The notes under the pieces are model-generated. The model ran no database searches. It was not told the DNA's origin and worked only from the letters and a program-made list of their open reading frames with translations. A stretch of 64,000 bases of DNA, taken from the NCBI GenBank assembly GCA_964016885.1, contig OZ024743.1, forward strand, positions 161,324,001 through 161,388,000, given 5' to 3'. The position numbers and the translations under genes were made by a program. Position 1 is the stretch's first letter; each line of letters starts with the position of its first letter. Shown here piece by piece: positions 1 to 12,546 of the stretch. The DNA comes from Eledone cirrhosa (lineage: Eukaryota).

Positions 1-129
1 CATATGTTACCAGTGCTTTGAGAGAGCAACACGAAATATCAGCCCAGGGCATATCAATAAATTGAAACAACAGAAGTAAGCTTTATTTTTTCTTTATGCT
101 TTTCTGGGTTTTTTTCTGTTCAACTTCTA

Positions 130-188
130 GCTGTCTGATGAGGTCATAACTGTGGCATAGCAGTTATCACCGAAATATATATAACAGT
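130..188 (+). ncRNA. Minimal type I hammerhead ribozyme (PLE pseudo-LTR/retrozyme type)
   Basis: Stem I gctgt(130-134)/acagt(184-188); core CUGAUGA 135-141; stem II ggt-c-ataactg/cagttat-c-acc; GAAA 172-175; minimal stem III with palindromic AUAU loop; AUA cleavage triplet 181-183; followed by aataaa and (TA)n. Confidence 0.8.
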
Positions 189-236
189 GATTATGAATAA
201 ACAAAGTGAATTATAACCTGTTGACTTGTACTTCAT

Positions 237-239
<3 letters not shown>

Positions 240-284
<45 letters not shown>
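240..284. repeat. (TA)n-(GA)n compound microsatellite
   Basis: Direct reading. Confidence 0.95.
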
Positions 285-285
<1 letters not shown>

Positions 286-413
286 ATGAGAGGCATACAT
301 GTATACACACCCACACACAGAGAAAGACTATAACTATACCTTAAGATCACATTCTTCAGCTTTTCTATTAATTACAAAAGTACATATTCAATAGTGTCAG
401 ACCACAAAAAGAT

Positions 414-423
414 ACACACACAC

Positions 424-480
<57 letters not shown>
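414..480. repeat. (CA)n microsatellite
   Basis: Direct reading. Confidence 0.95.
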
Positions 481-482
<2 letters not shown>

Positions 483-829
483 CACATGGTTGATGAATAC
501 ATTTGAAAATTGGATATTGGTTTTTTTCTCTGTTGAAGAAATAAAAAAAAAATAAAAAACAGGAAAGAGAGCATATATATACATGTTTTTATATGCATGT
601 ATGTGTATATATAACTTTATGTGCATATAAACTTGTATTTATGTGGGTGTGTGTATACATATATATAAATACACATCTAAATGTATAACATATTGACACA
701 TATACGTATGGACATACAAACATACACATACATATATTCTCTAAATATATAGTATGCTTGGCCTGCGTATTGGAAGTAATCCAAATAGACTTTCTTATCT
801 AGAATGTCTCTCATTACATACCATTCAAA

Positions 830-1085
830 ATCATCATTTTAACGACCACTTTCTCTGCTAGCAAGGGTTTGGTGGGTCGATACAGACCAAGTCAGTACTG
901 AAATGGAGCAGCTGAGATCCCAGGCAGGCCAGGGATATGTCACACATTATGCATGGTGTCACATTCCATGTCTTTGACACAACTGAGGGTCCTCTCAATG
1001 ATTTGTTTGGCAAGATTTCTATGGCTAGATGCCTTTCCTTGCACCTTCTACTTTACAGCGTGTATACTGGGTGCATTTAACATGT
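830..1085 (-). mobile_element. Decayed RTE 3'-tail-derived short element
   Basis: catcattttaacgaccact...ttctatggctagatgcc...tttacagcgtg match the RTE 3' UTR motifs at 18104-18300. Confidence 0.6.
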
Positions 1086-1322
1086 AAATCACCAACACTA
1101 GCGAGGTTGTCATATCCTTGATACATCTGATGGGCCCTTCCTATCTGATGAGTTTTCTATAATAGAAACAATCTAGTTTAGTAAAGTGGAGTATCAAGGT
1201 TAGAGAATAGTACCTGTAGTAATTGGTCGGGGTCATACTTACTGTCCAATAGTTAAAGATGATATTACCTATTGAAACAAGAATTGTAATGATGCAGCAA
1301 AGTTAAAATAATTCATTTGAAG

Positions 1323-1673
1323 TACTCTCGGATCCCAAATAATAAGTGTCTGTGGGGGAGGGGTGATATTTTTAAAAACGAAAATTAGTTGTTTAGTTTA
1401 CATATTGAGACGCCCAACCCATCCTATTTTCTATTTATTTTATAACATATGGGATTTCTTGTAATGTTCTTTTTTGTCATGCATAATGTTTTTTAATGTC
1501 TAAAGAAAATTAATTTTCACAGGAATGCTACCACTTAAAATAAAATTTTGCCGGAGATAGATTAGCAAAATTTGATGAGCGAGAGTGTTGGAATAAGAGT
1601 AGGGGTCGGGGGGAATGATTTGAAAAATGTAGGGGGGGGGGGGGGGGGCATGATTATTCAAGACCTGAAAGTA
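1323..1673 (+). mobile_element. MITE with about 21-bp imperfect TIRs and TA ends (Tc1/mariner/pogo-like), copy 1
   Basis: Left tactctcggatcccaaataat, right attattcaagacctgaaagta; internal blocks shared with 60552-60866 and 50103-50207. Confidence 0.75.
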
Positions 1674-2269
1674 GCAGAAACTATTTATATCTAGTATTGG
1701 TCTTGCTGATCTTTTCTCTCTCAAACTGGTGCTTACAGAGCTGAGGTTTCATTATGTTCTTGTGAGATCTCACACAATTGTGTAAGATCATTACTTTGTG
1801 GGGGTTGACTCTGTATGTTGGTTGAGTTTGATAATCACCCAATGCCTACCATGAGACTCAATGCTGAATAAACAGTTCTAGGAAAAGGTTTCTACTGTAT
1901 TTTCTCTATACATGAATATAAAAACCAGCACTCTTGGTTAATTTTACAGTATGCAACTGCTCACAAAACGTCTGCTGTTTCTACCCATTTGGAAGTGGAA
2001 AATATGTGTAGCAATACACAATCTGATCCTTTAGTCTCTTGTCTAAACTATCTTTTCAACATGCTGTGACTCTACACAGCAGTGAAACTTAAAGTTCTAT
2101 TTAAGGTGTAACAGAATTAGTTAAATGATTTAAACTTTGATCTAGGATCCTCACCTAGATTTTTGTTAACAGTGGGAACAACCTGCATGTTTTTACTCAA
2201 ACCGAACTGCACTAATCAACTGGTAGTTAAAGCGAGTGAAAGATTTCTGCATTCTTTTAAGGAATGATT

Positions 2270-4125
2270 TTTCACCTCCCAAACCCTGCTAAAATGAAGT
2301 TAGGTCTTCTTAGTAAGGATATACTCAGGAAAATTAATATAGCCATTATGAAACAGTCCAACCTTAATCAGTGGGATAATAGTCAAACCGTTATAGATTG
2401 GTTTAATGTCCTCAAACACACTAAGAAAGCTAGGTTTACACAATTTGACATTATTGACTTCTACCACTTGATGTCCAGGACCTTATTTGATAAGGCCCTT
2501 GATTTCACTACTAAATTTACTAACATAATGATTTGGACAGATTAGTCATATCCCACTACAGGGAAACCCTCCTCTTTAGCAATGGCGACTCATGGATAAA
2601 AGATCCACTAACAATGACCTATTCGATGTACCAATGGGGGCATTTTGACAGCGCCGATGTATGCGAAATGGTGGGCCTATTTATTCTAGACTCTATGCAG
2701 AATAAATTCCCTGATTTACATATGGGCCGATATCATGATAACGGTCTGGCACTCTCCAGCCATAAAAGTGGTCATGACCTGGACACTTTTAGGATAAACT
2801 TAATCACTACCTTCAACAGCTTAGGTTTAAAAATTATGATAGCAACCAACCTTACTGATGTTAACTTCCTAGACGTTAACTTAGACCTGCAGACACACAC
2901 ACATAGACCATTCCACAAACCCATTGAGAAACTACAGTACATTCATAAGGACTCAAGCCACCCCCTATAGTTTTTAAAAACCTCATTAACAACATTAGTA
3001 CGAGGGTTTCCAACCTCTCCTACAGCAAAGCCATCTTTGATAGAGCAGCACTAAGTAGCAGCGGCTTCTCTGAAAAAATCACATACTCTCCAGATCTCAG
3101 TAAGAAAAAACCATCTAGTAAGAAAAAACCTAGACATAAACATGTCATATGGTATGCCTTTTACACTGAATGTGAAAACTAATGTAGATAAAAAAATTCC
3201 TTGCTCTCAGAGATCTCCATTTCCCCGTTGGCCATAAATACGGAAAGTTATTTAATTGCCATACAGTAAAAATAGGATACTTTTTCACTAACAATGTTAA
3301 ATCCTTCATCACTGGCAAATGCAAAAGCCCTCCACTATACAGATGCTCATGTAAAAGACCAGAAACATGCCCACTAGACCAACAGTGCAACACTAGCGGT
3401 GATATACCAAGCAGAGTTTACCTCCACCAAACTGAAGCCTGGACCTATGTCAGTATGTCCGAGAACCAGTTTAAAAACCGGTACCTGAATCCTGAAACAA
3501 CCTTCAGATATCCCGACAAAAAACATGCCACTCAGCTCGCAAATCACATATGGAGCCTTAAGAATAACGACACATCCTTTTCCATCAAATGGACGATATT
3601 AGAATGATTTACCTGAAGGGGTCGAAATTTTGTCGCCTTTGTAATTCTGGAAAATAGTATAGACTCTCACAATTAGCTTCAGATAAACACTGCCTCAATG
3701 CGCAGCTTGATTGCTTTGGCAGCTGTCTTCATGAGAAGAAGTATATTTTTAGTAAATGTCTTAGACCTGATTAACAGGTCTAGAAGTATACTTTGATTTA
3801 CTGACTATTTTGTATATCAATGAAATTGGATTCTTTGAGTCAGGTAGAAAAAATTATTTTTCTTCTATTTTTATTCAATTTTGACTGTGGTGTCTCAAGA
3901 GCTACCTCCCGCGATCTTACCTTCTAATTTTAAAAAGACCCTTTTTTCTAACTAATTTCTAAATTTCCTGCCTTTGCTTAAACTCTTATATATTTCTAAA
4001 AGGAAAGCACAATCAACCCCGGGCAGCCATCCTTATTTTTCTTTTTCTTATGACAAGCTTAATGAGTTGAGGTCCAGAACCCAACGATACTTAATTACCT
4101 GTTTATGTCAGAGTTATAATTATTT
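2270..4125 (+). mobile_element. Penelope-like retroelement, Naiad-type RT plus C-terminal GIY-YIG endonuclease, frameshifted and 5'-truncated
   Basis: NPAK..LNQW..VIDWF..FTQFDIIDFY; MGHFDSADVCEMVGLFIL; RYHDNGL (degenerate YRDDGL); VNFLDVNLDL..PFHKP; CSCKRPETCPLDQQC linker; LANHIWSLK; CRLC; CLH. Coding ends near 3770, followed by a 3' region with a decayed hammerhead at about 4054-4101. Confidence 0.85.
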
Positions 4126-4128
4126 ATA

Positions 4129-5520
4129 TAACGTCCACATTTCACGCTAGCATGGGTTTGACGGCTTTGTCCCATTTAGAGGCAATTTGGGTTGGTTGAC
4201 TTTGTCTCACTCATATAGGACTGTTTCTGGCTGGTTTTATGCGGCCTAATGCCCTTTCTAACGCCAACCATATTGACAGTGTGTGTTGGGTGCTTTTTGC
4301 TGTGTCTCCTACATGACCACTTTACAGTGTGGGCTTGGTGCTTTTTGTCATGATACCTACACGACCACTTTACAGTGTGGGCTGGGAACCTTTTGCTATG
4401 TCACCATCACGACCACTTTACAGTGTGGGCCGGGGCTTCACTGGGTGCATTTACTTTGGCCTGTCCTCATGGGGATGTGTGGGAGGGTGGGTTGGGGCAT
4501 AATGTATATATGCTTCAGCTTCTGTCTGTGGGAAGTCAGGTCTTTTGTATTACTGTATGTCGCCAGAGATCTCAGCCTTGTGTCATCGCCTTTCAGAGGT
4601 GCAATTGGGCAAGGTTGGCTTTTATCCCCTCATCCCAAGTTTTCCTATGTCTCTCCACTCGAAGGCTTCCATCAACTTTGAGCACTCTGCACCTTTTTAT
4701 GCAGCTGTCATCCTTCATACTCATCACATGCCCATACCAATGTAATCTCCTCTCCTGCACACAGGATTTGATTCCTCTTATGTCTAGTTTCTCTCTCAGT
4801 TTGCTTATGCTTCACTGTTCACGTATATTATTATTACACATCCATTGGACATGCAAGCTTCATGTCTTTCCAATCTACACATCCAGGTCTAATTACCATG
4901 CAACATTGCTGTTCATATGCACGCATCATACAGTCTGCCTTTCATTTTGAGGGAAAAGCCTTTTGTAGCCAGCAGTGGTAGTAGCTCCGTGAACTTGTTT
5001 CATCCTGTTCTTACCCTGGTTTCTGTACTTTCAGAACACCCACCACTGCTGCTAATTCGGTCACCTAAGTAGCAGAAGCTGTCTACTGTTTCTACCAAGC
5101 CTTCCCAGAATATGGTAGTGCTTGTTCCCGATGCAACTGCTGCATGTAAAGCTTGTTCCCGATGCAACTGCTGCATGTTTATTCTTAACTAAAATTCCTG
5201 AGATCCAACTACATTTCTTGTGTACCTATAGTTTGCATATGGGGCAGAGGATGGAGTTTCTACATACACCTTTCCTACATACTGAGCAAGGCCATTTCCT
5301 CAAGGGGATCTGGGTTCTGTTTTCTCTTTTACTTACTAGGACCTTAGTCTTTGTCTGGTTGACTTTAAGACACTTTCTTTCTAGACCCAGCTTCCATGTT
5401 TGGAATTTCTACCGTAGATTCAGCTATGAGTGTAAGATCATCCGCATACAGAAGTTCCCATGGGAAGCTGGTCTTAAACTCCTCTGTTATAGCCTGCAAA
5501 AGGACTTTATCATCTAAACT
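4129..5520 (-). mobile_element. RTE-clade LINE 3' fragment (RT C-terminus plus 3' UTR)
   Basis: Minus strand reads PWELLYADDLTLIAES and later GIKSCVQERRLHWYGHV; 3' UTR has repeated ttacagtgtggg units; internal 28-bp tandem duplication at 5120-5178. Confidence 0.9.
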
Positions 5521-5621
5521 TTGTCTTTCCTTATTCTAAAAATACTCCATCACTCCTGTGAGGAAAATGCATGTTGAGTTCTTGAATTGAATTACATCAA
5601 TATTTTTTAAATATATATATA

Positions 5622-6646
5622 TATGCAAACTATGGGTACATAAAAGATGTAGTGGGATCACAGGAAAGCTATCTAAGAATGAAGATTTTATATGTGACCG
5701 ATGCTCAGGTGCAGTACGTAGCAAGGACCCACTGGATGCTATCTCCTTCAACTGTCCAGATGGTTCTATAGCAATAGTAGACAAGTTCCATTTCAGCAGT
5801 GGAGGAGGGTGCTGTGAAAGTGTAGTAGCCAAAGTTAGAGCGGGATGGAAAAAGTTCAGAGAGCTAATACCGCTGTTGGCCACAAGGGGTTTTGCTCTAA
5901 AATTGAAAGGCAGATTGTATGATGGATGTATACGACCGGCGATATTACATGATAGTGAGACTTGGGCATTGTGTGCAGAAGACCTGCATAGATTAGAAAG
6001 AAATGAAGCTTGTATGCTCCGATGGATGTGTAATAGTAATGTGTGCAAAAGGCAAAGCATAAACAAATTAAGAGAGAAACTAAGCATAAGAGGTATCAAA
6101 TGTTGTGTTCTGGAGAAGAGATTACATTGGTATGGACATGTGATATGTATGACGACAGCTGAATAAAAAAGTGCAGGGCAATGAAAATTGATGGGACAAG
6201 GTGATAACAACTGACCTTGCTCACTTACACCTCTCTAAGACAATGACACTGTATCGAGACCTTTGGTTGTACAGAAGACATGCAGTTGTACAGAAGACCC
6301 GACTGCCATTGCATACAAACCTACAGTCAGTAGGCACCTCTTAACCCAATGTACACCCCACCCCCATGCCATCCTCGCTTTCCTGTTCTGTCCACTGTGT
6401 CGATGACACAACAGTCCACACTGTAAAGTGGTTGTGTAGGAGACAATGTAAAAAGGCTCCCAGTACACACTGTAAATGAGGTTGGTGTTAGGAAGGGCAT
6501 CCAGCTGTAAAAAACCTACCAGAGACACTTCCGTGCGAGCGAGACATGGTCTCCCGACCATTCCCACATCAAATGGAACAAAACTGTCTAACCCATGCTA
6601 GCATGGAAGATGGCCGTTAAACGATGATGATGATGATGATGATGAT
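5622..6646 (+). mobile_element. RTE-clade LINE 3' fragment with (GAT)n tail
   Basis: CKLWVHKRCSGI, KGRLYDGCIRPAILHDSETW, RLHWYGHV; ends gttaaac(gat)n. Confidence 0.9.
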
Positions 6647-6720
6647 ATGTATTAAACCCAAACTTAGAATGGAAAATAGAAAATTTGATTCAGGTACAAC
6701 CTGCAAATATGGCATTATAT

Positions 6721-6903
6721 CGGTGGATTGGCAGTATCAGTAGAGGGTCGGACGCCATGCTTTCCAGCATAGTTACGTCCCTTTACGATCTGAGTTCAAA
6801 TCCCGCCGAGGTTGACTTTGCCTTTCATCCTTACGGGGTCGATGAAATAAAGTACCAGTAATGCACTGGGTAATTGCTGGCCTTGTGCCTAAAGTAGAAA
6901 CAA
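6721..6903 (+). mobile_element. tRNA-derived SINE (Meta-domain-like core)
   Basis: A-box-like tggcagtatcagtag, B-box gagttcaaatcc, core gcctttcatccttacggggtcgatgaaataaagtacc, tail ggccttgtgcctaaagtagaaac. Confidence 0.9.
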
Positions 6904-7473
6904 TTATATCAATAGCAGACAGTGCCCAAATCATATATATATGTGTATGTGTGTGTGTGTGTAATATATATATATATGTATATGTGTGTGTGTGTGTAAA
7001 ATATATAACTGCACTGTTCATCTTGTACTTAATGCGATTGGAAGATTTCTTCATTTCTTAAAAGGATGATTGAATTTTGTCACCTCCCAAATTCCAGTGC
7101 TTCTTTTGTAGATCATGTAGTATACTTGGTCTTTGCAAGTTTGTTAATTGTGTGTGAGTAATTTGATCTCAAAGTTAAGTACCATATTCCAGGTATTAGA
7201 ATCTGCCAAGCCATATTAAAATTTGAAAGTATTGAAATTGCTCAATGTCTATGGTTCAATACTAACTAACTGATGACCCAAATCTCTGGGGTTTTTTAGT
7301 CACCAATCAGCCATGCTAACACCTGTGACCTACTAAAATTTAAGCCTGAATGAAATTTTGAGAATTTGACTAATGTCCTCTATAGCTAAGGTCATATGAA
7401 TAAAATAGATAAATGACTAACTAGTCAATAAATATATTTATGTAAATACCTGTTTTTATTCTTTATTAATTAC

Positions 7474-7898
7474 CCCTTTAGATTCACATTACTCTATATT
7501 TACTATTGTAGTATTTTCATGGTAAAGGCTTTTGTCTCATAATTATCCCACTTAATATCAAATATATGAGATGTTGATATTATTTATTTTGAGAAAGGGC
7601 GGTGGATTGGCAGTATCGGTAGAGGGTCGGACGCTATGCTTTCCAGCATAGTTACATCCCTTTACGATCTGAGTTCAAATCCCGCCGAGGTTGACTTTGC
7701 CTTTCATCCTTACGGGGTCGATAAAATAAAGTACCAGTAATGTACTGGATAATTGCTGGCCTTGTGCCTAAAGTAGAAACAATTATTTATTTTGAGAACA
7801 ATACCTTAACATCAGTATGCATGGCCAGTTACAGCCAGTTTGAACAGAAAGAAGTGAGAGAATTCTGGCCGGATATGGCCGGTTTAAATACTAAAGGG
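7474..7898 (+). mobile_element. piggyBac-like MITE interrupted by a SINE
   Basis: ccctttag...ctaaaggg termini, right TTAA and left TTAC; colinear with the uninterrupted copy at 37365-37583. Confidence 0.8.
7596..7781 (+). mobile_element. tRNA-derived SINE with 17-bp TSD
   Basis: TSD attatttattttgagaa at 7579-7595 and 7782-7798. Confidence 0.92.
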
Positions 7899-9738
7899 TT
7901 AATTAGAAATATCAAAAGCGATAAAATTGTCTTAACAATGATATTATAATAAGAGATATGAAATATTGAAAAGGTTAAGAATGGCTCAGGTTCAAAAGAT
8001 TATATCCCCCATTCACCAGTAAATTTTTCAAGTCTCTATTATCTGATAAGTGACTTCCTTAAAGGGTGGGAAATACTAAGTAGCTAACAAACAATTATTA
8101 TCAAATTGAAGAGAAGTGAATATGAGATTTAATTTTCAATATAATCTACAACCTTTCTGGGTTGGTGATAATGTTGAAAATGCTGCTACTCTAAATCTGT
8201 ATGTAATGATAAATAGGTAAATTAACACGACCAAGTACATGTCTACATTTCAGGTAGGAAGATTAGACTGCGGTAGATAACTTTCTACATTTGCATTTTT
8301 TGTAATTTAAAATATCTCCCTGTAGTGAGAGCACAAACTGAATTGTTGGACATAGCAGAAAGATCATCATTAATGCATAGAAGGAAGAGTGTGCTGGGCA
8401 ACCTCCACCCTCTACTCTGAGGCATACCAGAATTAATAGATGGTTGGGCAGAGAGAAGACTAGCAATACATACTGCAATAGTATGATGTGATAGGAAACT
8501 ACCAATCTAAGAGACAGATGAAGCCCACTGTTAGTTGTATGACTTTTATAGAATACTAGCATTGCCTGGGTTACTGCTGTTCTTATTCAGAATCGTAAAC
8601 AATAAATATGATAATATATTTTTTTCCCATAATTATTTCAAAATATCTATATTTTATAATAGAATTTAGAAATGAAAATCTGTCAATCTTGAAGCACCTC
8701 AGGGTAAACAATATTCATTGTGTAATTTTTTTGTTAGTGTGCAAATGAGTAAATTGTTGCTCCTTCCAACTCGTGAGCAACCAACATAGAGTTGACCGTG
8801 GGAGAAACATGTAGTAGAGAGATCAAGTCCAACTGCCATGAGGGATTGACCCTGAGATTTGTTAATTGAAATAACAAAACTTAGTTTGACTGGAAACTGA
8901 AGCCTCTTAAATTCAAATGGAACATCTGTGGGTATGAGAGGAATTTTTGGAATAAAGACATTTTTTCAAATATTGTAAACAAATAAGTATCAACATCCAA
9001 AAGAAATATATATTAATTATTATTTTTGTATGCAGTGGAAATTAACCAAATATAAGCAAATGTATTAACTGCTAATTTAATGAACAGACACACGTACACT
9101 CATACAAACATACACTTATAAAAAACACACAGATATACATTCATACAAACACACACAGATTTTCACCCAAGAATAGACACACATACACTCACACAAACAT
9201 ACACCTATAAAAACACACACACACACATATCCATTCATACAAACATGCACAATTTCACCCCCACCTCAGCGTTTGTTATGTCAATCCTCACAGAAATGTA
9301 TGTATACTCACACACATACAATATCACATACACGCACACACATATACTTGTCAGTCATCACATGTGTAGATATGTGTGTGTGTTTTATTATTTGTGTATC
9401 TGATTAAATATTTATAATATAAGGCCTACTGTATGTAACAAATGCATAAACTCACTAACACATACACACTCATATACAAAATGTGATATCGTTGGCGTTG
9501 TGGTCACAGTATAGTTGACTATAGAAAAATTATTTTCGATAAAATGTTATATTGTTTTAATCCAAATGAAAATAAAAATTGCATGTTGTTAATCTCAGGG
9601 TCTAATACTATTTATTACCTTGTAAAATTTGATTTGATTTGGTCAAGCCATTTGAGAATGCATAAGGAAACAGACAGAGAGACAAAAAATGTTATATATA
9701 TATATATAGATAGATGGTCTTCATTATATATCACATAT

Positions 9739-9921
9739 GGTGGATTGGCAGTATCAGTAGAGGGTCGGACGCCATGCTTTGACGCATAGAGTTACGGCCC
9801 TTGCCATTCTGAGTTCAAATCCTGCCGAGGTTAACTTTGCCTTTCATCCTTACAGGGTCGATAAAATAAAGTACCAGTAATGTACTGGGTAATTGCTGGC
9901 CCTGTGCCAAAAGTAGAAACA
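9739..9921 (+). mobile_element. tRNA-derived SINE with 16-bp TSD
   Basis: TSD attatatatcacatat at 9723-9738 and 9922-9937. Confidence 0.92.
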
Positions 9922-11704
9922 ATTATATATCACATATAAATGTTGGTAACTGTGAATGTGTGGTTAAAACAAAAGGTCATCAGAGTACTGAGAAAATGAT
10001 GATTTTAGCTGTATTTTGTTCATATATATATGTAGAGTGTGTATGAAGTTAGTGAATGTAAATATACAAATGTAAATATACAAATAGAGAACAGTGAAAA
10101 ATAAAAAAAGAAAGCTTGCTTTGCTATTCAATTTAATATAGTGCGTTAATATTTTATCTCACTTATTAAAAACATATACAGGAAAATAAAACCAGTTTAA
10201 AATTTAATAAACAAACTAAATATCTGATTTCTTGATTTCTTTTCCAACTGTAAATATGTGAGTATATTGTTAGAGATGAACTTTTATTCGTCTGTTCACA
10301 TAGACAGATGCTCAATGAATTTAGCTTACATATATTAAGATGTATATAAATAGTGTTGCCAACCAGTATCATGCAGAAGAAACTTGAGATTGGTACTTTT
10401 ATAAATGAACCAAATTTTTCTTTTCATGTTTACAGTGTCAGATTACAATATTGTAGCTTTTAGATGAAAACGATTTACATTCTTTATTATTTCTCACCAA
10501 AAAACATAACATCGAACAATACTAACTCTATTAATACATATTCGCTGGAGTTTCTTATTGCAGTATGTGTCTGTGGGTATTTTCAAGTTAAAAATAAAAT
10601 CTATTTTCTGTTTTGTTTACCATTGTTCTAAGATCTGGACTAAACTCACATGTAACATATATCTTTATATGTTTTTTTATTATAATTAAATGTCTTTGCA
10701 AAAAGCTTTTCTTGTGGCTTTCTCATTGTTTGGTATTCTCAGCATGTGTTGTAGCCACATTTTTACCAGATTCTATGTGATATCTTTCTGTATCTGATGC
10801 TATTACCCAGAGCCAGCTCCAGACTGATTCAGTGTCAGTGTGTTGCCTCCTCATCATTTCAAATATTATTTGACAAGCTGGTATAAAACAGTTAATTAGT
10901 TTTGCAACTGTTATCTCAGCTAATACTAGTTTTAGTCACCTCTTAAGTAGCAACTGTTCTAAAATCTATTGGAAACTGCTACCCCTCACCAAAACATTTG
11001 AGGTCTCTGTTTTTGTTCATCTTGCTGGTTTAATTGAGTGTACCCCAGAAACTATTGATGCTAAAAGGTCCTAATTTTTATCAAAATTACTAAGCAATAA
11101 ATGAAAATTGTAACTTATTTGAATATTTACTGTTTGGTCCATGAGCTATATGAAAACTAAAATCAGCTACATGGCTGGTAAAATACAAACAATACCATAA
11201 ATACAAAAATAGGTAATTAGTTACACATAAAATAGAATGCAATATAAATACATTCAAAAACTGATAGGTACATACTCAAAAGAATTTCTTTCAAATATTT
11301 GTGACTAGAATAGTTAGTGTAATTGGATATGTCATCATCACTTCAAGTCCATTTTTACATGCTTTGCATGGGTTGGGCAGGTTTTCTCCAACACAGCATT
11401 GTGCCAGTTGTCACATTTCTTTGTCATCTCTTTCAACCTCTGTTAGATAATGTTCTTTTATCTTTACACCAATTTGGCAACATAATCTCAAATTCACAAT
11501 TTTGATTGACTCCAGTATTTTACTGGAGTCAATCTTCTTCCACTGGAAGGATGTAGAGCAAAATTAACTGTTCCCACAAAGTCAGATCATAAAGGGTTGT
11601 AACTAATTATCATAAGGCATTTTGTTTGCAACTTTACTTTCTCTGCTATCCACCACCATATTGACAATAACAAATAACAATATGAATACACATACACACA
11701 TAAT

Positions 11705-11826
11705 ATATTCTTTTATATATATACATTTCTTTTATATATATTTCTTTTATATACATTTCTTTTATATATATACATTTCTTTTATATATATTTCTTTTATA
11801 TACATTTCTTTTATATATATACATTT
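11705..11826. repeat. AT-rich minisatellite (about 17-21-bp unit tatatacatttcttt) at an RTE 5' junction
   Basis: About six imperfect units directly before the RTE fragment. Confidence 0.8.
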
Positions 11827-11832
11827 ACTCAT

Positions 11833-12546
11833 ACATGTGTAATAGTAATATACGTGAACGACAAAGCATAAACGAACTAAGGAAAAAATTAGAAATAAGA
11901 GGGATCAGATGTTGTTTACTAGAGAGAAGGCTACGTTGGTATGGTCACGTGATGCGCATGAAGGACGATAGCTGTATAACAAAGTGCAGGGCAATAAAGA
12001 TAGACGGTAGCCACGGAATAGGCAGACGCAGAAAAACTTGGGACGAGCTGATAAACTCCGACCTCACACACTTACACCTCACCAAGACAATGTCACTGGA
12101 CCGAGACCTTTGGCGGTACTCAGTAATAGAGAAGACCCGCCTTACCTAAATACAAAGTAAAACCTACTACAGTCAGTAGGCATCTCTAACAAAATACACC
12201 CCCGTCCCACCCACCCCACCCCATCCACACCGCCCCCTTCTATGTAAAGTTATGTTGGTGCCACACCATCCAGGCCGAAACAAATGAGATCGTGTAGGTG
12301 TCACGACAAAAAAACACACAGTCCACGCTGTAATGTGGCCGTGTAGGCAACACGGTAAAAACCTCCCAGACCCACACTGTAAATGTGGTTGGTGTTAGGA
12401 AGGGCATCCAACTGTAGAAAACCTGCCAGACAGTCCTATGCGAGCAAGACAATCACTCTTGCCTCAAGTGGGAAAACCCCCGTCCAAACCCATGCAAGTG
12501 TGGAACACGGACGTTAAACGTTGATGATGATGATGATGATGATGAT
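11833..12546 (+). mobile_element. RTE LINE 3' fragment with (GAT)n tail
   Basis: MCNSNIRERQSINELR..LERRLRWYGHVMRMKDDSCI..GRRRKTW; closely similar to 18104-18960. Confidence 0.92.

Noticed and set aside
1140-1180. ctgatga...gaaac hammerhead-like string
   Set aside because: Stem II cannot close before GAAA and stem I pairing is poor.
4275-4430. Regularly spaced direct repeats resembling a CRISPR array
   Set aside because: Imperfect tandem units of the RTE 3' UTR with non-unique spacers, in eukaryotic context.
5536-6210. 224-aa minus ORF and similar antisense ORFs (4375-4950, 18793-19146, 20103-20483)
   Set aside because: Antisense shadows of RTE coding sequence.
6721-6810. tRNA gene suggested by A and B boxes
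   Set aside because: No cloverleaf; it is the head of a multi-copy SINE.
7270-7300. ctgatga followed by a ccca/tggg hairpin
   Set aside because: No GAAA core follows.
8263-8562. Non-repetitive purine-rich stretch as a possible exon
   Set aside because: Stops in the plausible frames and no recognisable domain; probably old TE debris.
10740-11100. Possible relic of a restriction-like-endonuclease LINE (also 30200-30600)
   Set aside because: Only fragmentary motif resemblance across many breaks; cannot be supported without alignment.
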